Positions 49,184 to 56,938 of a stretch of DNA of 64,000 nt are shown here, in pieces; position 1 is the stretch's first letter, and each line of letters begins with the position of its first letter. The notes beneath the pieces were generated by a model. It was not told the origin of the DNA. It saw only the letters and a list, made by a program, of their open reading frames with translations, and did not search any database. The DNA is from a virus (Duplodnaviria > Heunggongvirae > Uroviricota > Caudoviricetes), in the IMG/VR virus record IMGVR_UViG_3300028832_000001, positions 100,007 to 164,006 of that record; one strand, given 5' to 3'. The position numbers and the translations under genes are program-made.

Positions 49184-49823
49184 AGACTTAATTAAAGTCC
49201 AGAAGAAAGACGGATTATTTAAAAACTGTGCATCCGTTTTAAGATATATTCCAAGAGAACTATTATTCGATGGTAGAGAAGCTGACCGTCCAGAATTAAC
49301 ATTGGGTCTTGAAAGACAACTTATCCATGAAAAAGATTGGAAAGATGCAAGTGATGAAAGTAAGAAAGAATTAGATGTAATTCATGCATGTATGGATGTT
49401 GCTAATGTTATTGAAATTCACAAAGATCCAGAGTCTACTGCTTCTAAAGAAGAACGTTGTGGTGTATTGTTGACTAATTTAATGAAGGAATGTAATTCTA
49501 TTAGAACAAGTACTCGCCGTTGTGCAGGTAATTATATTCTTATCAATAATGCATTTAAGAAAGAATTAGAAGAACTTGGTGCATTTTCAACTCCATTTAT
49601 TAATGTTTCAACTGATAACACTGAATATCTTGTTAATGGTGTTATTAAAATGAGTGTTGCAACATTTGATGAAGATACACCAATGGCATTAATCGGATAT
49701 TCTGGAACTAGTAGGTTTGATGGTGGAATCGTTTTAGCAGAAGACGAAGAAAATAATAAGTATGCGATTGCTGACCGATTCTACGATAGTGATAAGTATT
49801 ATAGATTAATTAAACTTGTATAG
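49152..49823 (+). CDS. hypothetical protein, paralog B of the ~220-aa pair
   Basis: 223 aa. Paralogous to 48025..48684 (see that entry). Ends ...DKYYRLIKLV. Confidence 0.45.
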   Translation: MKDKGYKMTIKDLIKVQKKDGLFKNCASVLRYIPRELLFDGREADRPELTLGLERQLIHEKDWKDASDESKKELDVIHACMDVANVIEIHKDPESTASKEERCGVLLTNLMKECNSIRTSTRRCAGNYILINNAFKKELEELGAFSTPFINVSTDNTEYLVNGVIKMSVATFDEDTPMALIGYSGTSRFDGGIVLAEDEENNKYAIADRFYDSDKYYRLIKLV

Positions 49824-49826
49824 AAT

Positions 49827-50756
49827 ATGAGATATATTAAAGGGAGAAGTAATTTAAGTTGCACAATTTTTGTGCCATGGGATTGTAATAATCATTGCAA
49901 GTTCTGTACATCTAAGCAGATGTATAAACAAAGAACTTGTGATATTAATGCAATTCTTGCACAAATCAAAAAACTTAATGAAAATCCGTTAATTGAAGAA
50001 TTTGTATTAACAGGTGGAGAACCATTAGCAGATATTGAGAAATGTCAGATTCTTATTGACGCTATGGAGAAACCTGTTTATATCAATACTACATTCCCAA
50101 CATTTACAGATTTGCCTGGAACAGTAGAAATGTCTAAAGTCAAGACGTTAATCGATTTCATTAATAATAATGAAAAGATTGGTGGTTTGAATATTTCCAG
50201 ACATATGCATCAACAGTTTTATGAACCAGTTTTGCCAGTAGATATGTTTGCACATTTAATTAAGAAACATATTAAATTAAATGTAGTTCTTTCTAAGGAG
50301 TTTAATATAAACGAATTTAAAGCGTTTATAGAACCTTATAAAGAATTAGAAAATCTATCTATCTGTATTAGAGCAGATTATCGGAATATTACTAAAGATA
50401 ACTTAAAGAATCGTGACGATGTATTTGAAAAGTTAATTTTAGAATATGAATATGAAAGTTCTGGCGGATGTATGGTTTGTAATGACGATAGATTTTGGAA
50501 TAATAATTTATTAATCAGTTATCATCGTGGAATGGAACATTCTAAAGTAGTTTATGGTAATAAGATATTTGTAAATGATATTTTGATTACTATTGATGGA
50601 CAAGTTTATGATGACTGGGATTTAGTAACAAATACAGAATTTGAAAGATGGGTATTTGGCGAATATTTATTGACAGATGATATATCTGAATATGAAAATG
50701 ATCCAGTATATATTGATTGGTTATTGAAAAAGAATGGTGAAGAAGGTATATTATGA
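49827..50756 (+). CDS. second radical-SAM enzyme (N-terminal CxxxCxxC, no obvious SPASM/RRE); function unknown
   Basis: VPWDCNNHCKFC at aa 17-28, FVLTGGEPLA at aa ~60, and a lone CMVC pair at ~aa 212. 309 aa. The stop overlaps the start of the Cys/Gly peptide ORF (ATGA). Confidence 0.6.
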   Translation: MRYIKGRSNLSCTIFVPWDCNNHCKFCTSKQMYKQRTCDINAILAQIKKLNENPLIEEFVLTGGEPLADIEKCQILIDAMEKPVYINTTFPTFTDLPGTVEMSKVKTLIDFINNNEKIGGLNISRHMHQQFYEPVLPVDMFAHLIKKHIKLNVVLSKEFNINEFKAFIEPYKELENLSICIRADYRNITKDNLKNRDDVFEKLILEYEYESSGGCMVCNDDRFWNNNLLISYHRGMEHSKVVYGNKIFVNDILITIDGQVYDDWDLVTNTEFERWVFGEYLLTDDISEYENDPVYIDWLLKKNGEEGIL

Positions 50757-50953
50757 CATTAACTGAATTACGACAAAAACTTAAAACCGCAGGTATGAAA
50801 CAACTTAAAATTACTGGTTGTGGTGGATATGTAGGATGTGGAACTGGTGGTTATTATGACTATGCCAATGCACATTTTGGAAATCCTCCACAATGGGTAT
50901 CGTATAGTTGCGGATTTTATATGAGATGTGGTGGTCCTACTACATGTGGTTAA
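50753..50953 (+). CDS. Cys/Gly-rich 66-aa peptide with SAP/HeH-like N-terminal helix (candidate rSAM substrate / RiPP-like precursor)
   Basis: MTLTELRQKLKTAGMKQLKITG followed by CGGYVGCGTGGYYDYANAHFGNPPQWVSYSCGFYMRCGGPTTCG (6 Cys, 11 Gly). Translationally coupled to the rSAM ORF. Confidence 0.45.
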   Translation: MTLTELRQKLKTAGMKQLKITGCGGYVGCGTGGYYDYANAHFGNPPQWVSYSCGFYMRCGGPTTCG

Positions 50954-50956
50954 AAA

Positions 50957-50985
50957 GAAAGAGTCAAGAAAACCTTGACTCTTTT
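50957..50985. terminator. bidirectional terminator (aaagagtcaag-aaaacc-ttgactcttt)
   Basis: 10-bp inverted repeat between the convergent peptide gene and the minus-strand paralog operon. Confidence 0.55.
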
Positions 50986-50993
50986 TATATTAT

Positions 50994-51605
50994 TTAAATT
51001 GATGGTTTAACATGTGTTATAGGCAGTCTAAGTAATTTATCTGGAAGTATATTTAATTTTGAAAGTAATGTATATGCGACTTCACGACTAATACCAGATT
51101 CATATAAAGTTTCAATTATTTCAACTGTTCTTATCTCGCTAGTTTTTATTTTACGTGCAAGTTTATAAATTTTAGTGAATTTAGAATAGTCATTACTTTC
51201 ATTTATATTAATTATAATTTTGCCAGTTTTAGGATTTTTATATTCTGCACAACCATAATATGAATTATATCCAGTAAATTCATATCTTTTATTTTTGACA
51301 ATAATAGTTGCTGGTGTTTCATCTTCATCATCGTCATAATAATAACTGCCACAACCGCTACTATGACAACTAGAAACATATCCGCAACCTACTCTGACAC
51401 TTCTGGATATTGTACCACATCCACCACCATAACTACTGCTACTACCACATCCAGAACTATAGCTGGAACCGCAACCACTGCTGCCGCACCCAGAACTATA
51501 ACTGCTGCTTCCGCTACAACCACCACTATAACTACCGCATTCATTAAGCCTACGAACAGTGTAGCCTTTATTTTTAAGTAATTCTCTTGCTTCTAATAAA
51601 TTCAT
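50994..51605 (-). CDS. motif-family paralog 4: N-terminal MNLLEARELLKNKGY helix + (S/G/C)-rich low-complexity core with repeated SSGCG units
   Basis: 203 aa. Residues ~20-95 read NECGSYSGGCSGSSSYSSGCGSSGCGSSYSSGCGSSSSYGGGCGTISRSVRVGCGYVSSCHSSGCGSYYYDDDEDE (13 Cys). A normal-composition C-terminal domain follows. Confidence 0.5.
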   Translation of the reverse strand: MNLLEARELLKNKGYTVRRLNECGSYSGGCSGSSSYSSGCGSSGCGSSYSSGCGSSSSYGGGCGTISRSVRVGCGYVSSCHSSGCGSYYYDDDEDETPATIIVKNKRYEFTGYNSYYGCAEYKNPKTGKIIININESNDYSKFTKIYKLARKIKTSEIRTVEIIETLYESGISREVAYTLLSKLNILPDKLLRLPITHVKPSI

Positions 51606-51619
51606 AAATGCCCCTTACA

Positions 51620-51994
51620 TTAGAACAACCAGTCTAATTCTATCATTACTCCCCATTTACAATATCTAATAGTTACATCAAAGCCTCGTTCTTTTGCAAG
51701 TTTAAAGTATTTTTTAAATATTGTAGGATTATCTTCGTATTCTTTATCATGTACTATAATACCTGTACTACCTTCTTCATATTTAGCATGACCATATTTA
51801 ACATTTGATAATATAGCATCAAGGCCAACAAGTTTTGATTCTTCTGCAGTAAGTTCATTTTTTATTGCAGTAAATTCATCAAACAGTAATTTTTGTTTGT
51901 CAGAATCTAATTTTATTGGGGCTTCTTCAAGTTCTTCTTTAATAATAGCATAGCCATTATCTTTAAGTAATTCTGTTGCTTCTTGTAAGTTCAT
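51620..51994 (-). CDS. motif-family paralog 3 (MNLQEATELLKDNGYAI...)
   Basis: 124 aa. The N-terminal 17 aa match the family motif. The remainder is unique. Confidence 0.45.
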   Translation of the reverse strand: MNLQEATELLKDNGYAIIKEELEEAPIKLDSDKQKLLFDEFTAIKNELTAEESKLVGLDAILSNVKYGHAKYEEGSTGIIVHDKEYEDNPTIFKKYFKLAKERGFDVTIRYCKWGVMIELDWLF

Positions 51995-52007
51995 TTTAAA
52001 TCCTTTA

Positions 52008-52442
52008 TTAAAAATTATTTAAAAATGCATGCATTATTGCACCTTTTTGGTAAATAGCATTACATTCTTCATAAACTGCTTTTTTGCTTTTTAGTTTCTT
52101 AAAGTCTTCTTCAGTTAATGGATTAGGATCTTCAGATTTCCAACCTAATTCCCATGCTTCCTGTAGGTCTTTTTTAGGGGTATCATAGTCTTTGCAATAA
52201 CGTTTTAAAACAATTTCACCAATATCTTTACCGGTATCGTTCAATTCTTTTTCAGAGAGAATGGTATTTTGATAGCCTATTTGGACGGTATTCTGTGCCC
52301 AAGAAGAATTTATAAGTTTAGAACGATATGCTAGATAATCATCGGCACTATTAAAACGTATTTCAGATTCATTCATTACAGGTTTATCTATAACCTTGTA
52401 ATGATTTTCTTTTAATATAGATATAGCTTCTTTTAAGTTCAT
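52008..52442 (-). CDS. motif-family paralog 2 (MNLKEAISILKENHYKV...)
   Basis: 144 aa. N-terminal family motif, unique C-terminal domain. Confidence 0.45.
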   Translation of the reverse strand: MNLKEAISILKENHYKVIDKPVMNESEIRFNSADDYLAYRSKLINSSWAQNTVQIGYQNTILSEKELNDTGKDIGEIVLKRYCKDYDTPKKDLQEAWELGWKSEDPNPLTEEDFKKLKSKKAVYEECNAIYQKGAIMHAFLNNF

Positions 52443-52460
52443 AAGAGTATTCTTTAAATA

Positions 52461-53096
52461 TTAGAGTTCTTCGTTAATTCTATCAGCAGCATCTTGTGGA
52501 GCAATAAGACCTTGATTATAAAGGTCAGCAGCAATTTGCTTTGCCCTTGGTAAATCTTCATCATCGAGCATACCACCATCTTCCTGAGCTAAAGATAGAG
52601 CCTTAGCAATATAGTCTTCTTCAGCATTTGGAACCATAGTTTCGATTTCATCATCGTCAATCGGTGCAAATTCCATTTCATCAAAGAAAAGTTCAATCTT
52701 ACGGCCAGGTTTCTTTTCTTCTCTGACATAACCAAGTTCCTTAAGAACTTCAGACCATTGTGTATTTTTGTATGTTCTTAGGCGAGACTTTACAAAAGCA
52801 ATTTCACGTGGAGTCAAAACTTCACCATTCTGAACTTTTTCTGCTAATGGAGAAAGATAAGCAGCATCAGTTTGGTTAAAACCCCTATAATTACGTAAAA
52901 CGGTACGTCTACCTTGCTTTTCGAAATCTACCTGACGTCCATACATACCAATGAGAAGAACAATAACGAACTTATCATTTTCCAAATATTCCTTAATTCG
53001 CTGATTAAGCTGGAAATTTGATGTATAAACATCTTCCTTTATGATTTTATAACCGTGTTCTTTAATAACTTTAATAGCTTCTGCCATTTTTTTCAT
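52461..53096 (-). CDS. motif-family paralog 1 (MKKMAEAIKVIKEHGYKII...), first gene of the late operon
   Basis: 211 aa. TATAAATA at 53116-53123 (minus) lies 19 nt upstream with SD AAGGAGA. The acidic C-terminus also contains a second loosely similar helix (AKQIAADLYNQGLI). Confidence 0.45.
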   Translation of the reverse strand: MKKMAEAIKVIKEHGYKIIKEDVYTSNFQLNQRIKEYLENDKFVIVLLIGMYGRQVDFEKQGRRTVLRNYRGFNQTDAAYLSPLAEKVQNGEVLTPREIAFVKSRLRTYKNTQWSEVLKELGYVREEKKPGRKIELFFDEMEFAPIDDDEIETMVPNAEEDYIAKALSLAQEDGGMLDDEDLPRAKQIAADLYNQGLIAPQDAADRINEEL

Positions 53097-53115
53097 AATT
53101 TAATCTCCTTACTAT

Positions 53116-53165
53116 TATTTATAAGATAAAAACAGATTATATCCGATTATTTTGAGTTATAAATA
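53116..53165. promoter_or_regulatory. divergent pair of T4-late-type TATAAATA motifs (53116-53123 minus; 53158-53165 plus)
   Basis: Each lies 19-24 nt upstream of its gene start, driving the paralog operon leftward and the 1128-aa fiber operon rightward. Confidence 0.4.
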
Positions 53166-53189
53166 ATAATAGAAAAAGGAAAGCTGCAT

Positions 53190-56100
53190 ATGATTATAAA
53201 AAACGGTAAAGTACTTGCTATAAATTCAGTAAAACATGATGATACTCTTAAGGGTAATGGTCTTAGCGGAACGCCATTAGGACTAAGTGAAACTGTAAAA
53301 CAGGTAATAGAAAGTAAGCAAAATAAATTATCTCCAGCCGATAATACTATTGCTATTTCTAATGACAAAATTAAGGTTAATACATCTGGTATTTCTGCTC
53401 AACAGATTCATCCGTCTGTTTTTGACCCGTATGCTTCTAAAACTTGGGTTAATGAACAAGGATTTTTAAAACAAGTAGCCCTTGAACCATATGCTTTATC
53501 AGCTGATGTAAGACGTGAATTTGATGCCTCTGCAGCATGGGTCAATGACCGTTTTGAACATATCCCTGGTGCTGAAGCTTATTATGGTGGCAATGGAATT
53601 AATGTAGATGGACACAAGATTGACCTTACTGCTGATGTTGTTTCTCATAATGAATTAACAGAAGCATTAAATCCATATGCAACTCAGGAATGGGTTGAAG
53701 GACACGGCTATTTAACAGATGCAGATTTAAGTGATTTTGCAACAAAAGAATATGCACGTCAAGCTTCAGCTGCAGCTGTTTCTACTACTCAAAGTTGGGT
53801 AAATGATCAGGGTTATTTAAAAGCTAACGCATTAGACCCATATGCAAAAACTTCAGATGTTAATGCACAATTTAATGCTACTTCTGCTTGGGCAAATGAT
53901 AAATTCCAAGTTAAAGGTGATTATCTTACAAGTGCAGATTTAAATAATTATTATACAAAAGATAAAGTTTATAATAAAGAAGAAATTGATACATTACTTG
54001 CAAATTTTGGTGGTTTTAAAGTAGTATCTGGTGATGCACAACAAAATTATGCACCATCTTTAGATGAACACGGTGAATTATCTGACCATACAAAGCCAAA
54101 TGAAAAAACTATTTACTTGACAAAAGTAAGTACATTGTTAGAAGATAATTATAAAGAATGGATTTGGAAAGGTGGATCCATCTTTGATTGCATTGGTATT
54201 GCAACTATCGATTTACAAGGCTATGTAACTGATGAAGAATTAGCGGCAGAATTATTAAAGTATTATAAAAAATCAGATGTTGATGAGATGTTCCGAGTAA
54301 CTTCTGCTTGGGCTAATGAAACATTCCAGCCTATTGGTGAATATGTTAGTGCATCAAAGTTAAATGAGTATTATACAAAAACAGAAGTTGATGCAGAATT
54401 TAGAGAAACTTCTAGTTGGGCTAATGAAACATTCCAGCCTATTGGTAAATATGTCAGTGCAACAGACTTAGACAATTATTATACTAAGTCTGAAGTTAAT
54501 AATCAGTTTGAAGATTTATCTGCTACTGTTTCTAGCGAATATGCTAAGAAGACAGATATTCCAGAAGTTCCAGTTTATACTGCAGCTAATGAATATATTA
54601 AGATTACTAATGATTATGGTGTTTCTGGTTATGACTGGACAGATAAAATTAATACAAAGCAAGATGTTTTAACAATCGAACAACTTTCTGCAATTAGTTC
54701 TGTAAGTTCTGTTCAAGTTGTTTCTGGCAATTGGGTTACTTCTGCTTCTGATATTATCAGTGCTGAGGGTTTAGCATATTTCTTAGTCAAGGACGGAGAT
54801 AGTTCTAAGTGGGAAGGTGTTAATCTCTCTACATTGGGTAGTTCTTACGATGTTACTTCTGAAGATGATACTTTATTACATGTTACAACAGCAGTTGATA
54901 ATGGTGATGTAACATATACATTAAGCGCAAAAGATTGGACTACTGAGCTCGATGAAAAACAAGATAAACTCACAGAAGAACAAATCGAAGCAATTAGCTC
55001 TGTAAGTGCAATTCAGAATACTTCTGGAAATTGGGTTACTTCTGGTATTGATACAATCAGTGACCCTGCTCTTGCTTATGTTTTGGTCAGGGACGGTAAT
55101 AGTTCTAAATGGAATGGTGTAGATTTATCTACATTAGGAAAAACATATAATGTTTCTTCTGTAACTGAAAACTTGCTTACTGTTTCTGCTAAGACAGAAG
55201 ATAACCAAACAACATATATTTTAAGTGCTGCTGATTATCCAGAAATTCCAGAAATTCCTGATATTGTTGGTAGTGGTCTTGAAGCAGAATATGATGATGT
55301 AAATAACGAATATCTTGTTACAATGAGTGCAAGAGGTAATAATGGTATTTCTGCTGCTTATGATGATGAAAATAATGTTTGGGATATTGGTTTAAGTGCA
55401 AATAATTTTGCATATATGTATGATTCTTATACAAACGGCTATGTTGGTGATGTTAGTGCAAATACAATTCTTAATTTTAGTGGAACTAATCATAATAATA
55501 TTACAGTTGATCAAGACGGTTATATTATATTACCAGAGACCGGTAATAAGTTTACTTTCTGTATAAATGAATATATTGATAATAATAACCCTGGAACACA
55601 TAGTTACTTATTAAATAAATTAACATTAAGTTCTGATAAAGGTGATAATCTTGCTTCTACAATGACATATTATCCAACCGAAGTTGGTGCAAGTAATGCA
55701 ACATTGGCAATTACTATTGACCATTCTGTAGATCCTACAAGAAAATATGCGGTTGTTTATGAAGGAAGTACAATTCCACTTTCTGCATATTTGAATGCAA
55801 CTATCAGCGTTGTTGAAGAAGTTTCAACACTTGGTATGATTAATCGTGGTGAAAGCGACGTTTATGTAGGTGATAAGCCAATTAATGTCAATAATGATAC
55901 AAGACATATTAGCCTTGGTTTTGATACTGGTATTTTCACATTAAATAGTAATCAAGAATTAACACTTAATGCAAATGGTACTGGTGGTGGTGATACTCCA
56001 GTTGATCCTGTTGCATTTAATAAGTTACTTAATAGCATTAATGGTCGTATTGTTGAAACAATCCCTATCGGTGTTATTAATTATGCAACTGCTCTTAATA

Positions 56101-56576
56101 ATAATTATTCCATTGCATATCTATTCAGACCAATGATTGAATTCGATATGACACCTCAGACAACTGCCAGATTTATTGCAGGTAATGCCAGTGCAGGTAA
56201 TTCTACTGTCATGATTGACGTTTATGAATTAAATGAATCTAATTACACAATAAATCTTATGTGGTGGAGTGAAACTAAGACATTAACTACATCTAAGGGC
56301 GAACAGGTATTAAATGCAAACAATGGTTGTACTCAAACAAAAACAATTTATCCAGATAGATTGTATTATGCTAGAATTATTTGTACTGGACAACAGATAC
56401 AACAGTTATTAGGTATAAATAATACAGTAACTGAAGATATAGGACCTTATGACCTTGTATATGTCAACGACCATCCAGACACTAATCCATTTAACTTGGA
56501 GGGTAGAACAGTTAATAATCTTGGTGTTGTTGGAAATGCTAGCTTTAAACCATATATCGGCTTTAAGAATACGTAG
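53190..56576 (+). CDS. long tail fiber protein with ~40-aa fiber repeats and internal tandem duplications
   Basis: 1128 aa. Many repeats of the type ...NPYATQEWVEGHGYLTDADL... / ...DPYAKTSDVNAQFNATSAWANDKFQ.... Near-identical tandem repeats occur at DNA level at ~54290-54540. A duplicated ~100-aa module lies at ~54640-54960 and 54960-55250. Confidence 0.6.
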   Translation: MIIKNGKVLAINSVKHDDTLKGNGLSGTPLGLSETVKQVIESKQNKLSPADNTIAISNDKIKVNTSGISAQQIHPSVFDPYASKTWVNEQGFLKQVALEPYALSADVRREFDASAAWVNDRFEHIPGAEAYYGGNGINVDGHKIDLTADVVSHNELTEALNPYATQEWVEGHGYLTDADLSDFATKEYARQASAAAVSTTQSWVNDQGYLKANALDPYAKTSDVNAQFNATSAWANDKFQVKGDYLTSADLNNYYTKDKVYNKEEIDTLLANFGGFKVVSGDAQQNYAPSLDEHGELSDHTKPNEKTIYLTKVSTLLEDNYKEWIWKGGSIFDCIGIATIDLQGYVTDEELAAELLKYYKKSDVDEMFRVTSAWANETFQPIGEYVSASKLNEYYTKTEVDAEFRETSSWANETFQPIGKYVSATDLDNYYTKSEVNNQFEDLSATVSSEYAKKTDIPEVPVYTAANEYIKITNDYGVSGYDWTDKINTKQDVLTIEQLSAISSVSSVQVVSGNWVTSASDIISAEGLAYFLVKDGDSSKWEGVNLSTLGSSYDVTSEDDTLLHVTTAVDNGDVTYTLSAKDWTTELDEKQDKLTEEQIEAISSVSAIQNTSGNWVTSGIDTISDPALAYVLVRDGNSSKWNGVDLSTLGKTYNVSSVTENLLTVSAKTEDNQTTYILSAADYPEIPEIPDIVGSGLEAEYDDVNNEYLVTMSARGNNGISAAYDDENNVWDIGLSANNFAYMYDSYTNGYVGDVSANTILNFSGTNHNNITVDQDGYIILPETGNKFTFCINEYIDNNNPGTHSYLLNKLTLSSDKGDNLASTMTYYPTEVGASNATLAITIDHSVDPTRKYAVVYEGSTIPLSAYLNATISVVEEVSTLGMINRGESDVYVGDKPINVNNDTRHISLGFDTGIFTLNSNQELTLNANGTGGGDTPVDPVAFNKLLNSINGRIVETIPIGVINYATALNNNYSIAYLFRPMIEFDMTPQTTARFIAGNASAGNSTVMIDVYELNESNYTINLMWWSETKTLTTSKGEQVLNANNGCTQTKTIYPDRLYYARIICTGQQIQQLLGINNTVTEDIGPYDLVYVNDHPDTNPFNLEGRTVNNLGVVGNASFKPYIGFKNT

Positions 56577-56584
56577 GTAAGTAA

Positions 56585-56935
56585 ATGATTACAAGTTATA
56601 ATAAAAAGACAATTAGTGAAGGAAAAGCCGGTTTTACACTTGGCATTCCTGAATTATGGAATGGCGCTCATAATCTTTCTGGTCTTGACTGGAATTATTG
56701 TGTTGCACCGTTTATTGACAGAGACTTACATGAAAAATTGTTGGCTGTCACACAAAAAGAAATGGCACCAATCATTACTACTGTTACAATGATTCTTTCT
56801 TTAATTAGAAGCGGATATTTTTATACAGCAAGTTTATTGGTTCAACAGCTTGATGTTTCATCAAGCGCAACATTAACAGAAATTAAAGCTTGGTTACTTA
56901 AGACTTTGATTGAAGCAGACGATACAGAGGAATAA
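56585..56935 (+). CDS. hypothetical fiber-module protein
   Basis: 116-aa ORF between two fiber genes. Confidence 0.35.
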   Translation: MITSYNKKTISEGKAGFTLGIPELWNGAHNLSGLDWNYCVAPFIDRDLHEKLLAVTQKEMAPIITTVTMILSLIRSGYFYTASLLVQQLDVSSSATLTEIKAWLLKTLIEADDTEE

Positions 56936-56938
56936 TTT

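Noticed and set aside
51363-51581. 72-aa Thr-rich plus-strand ORF opposite the Cys/Gly/Ser-rich gene
   Set aside because: It is the antisense reading of (TCT/GGT/TGC)n repeats. The minus-strand gene has the conserved N-terminal family motif and an RBS.
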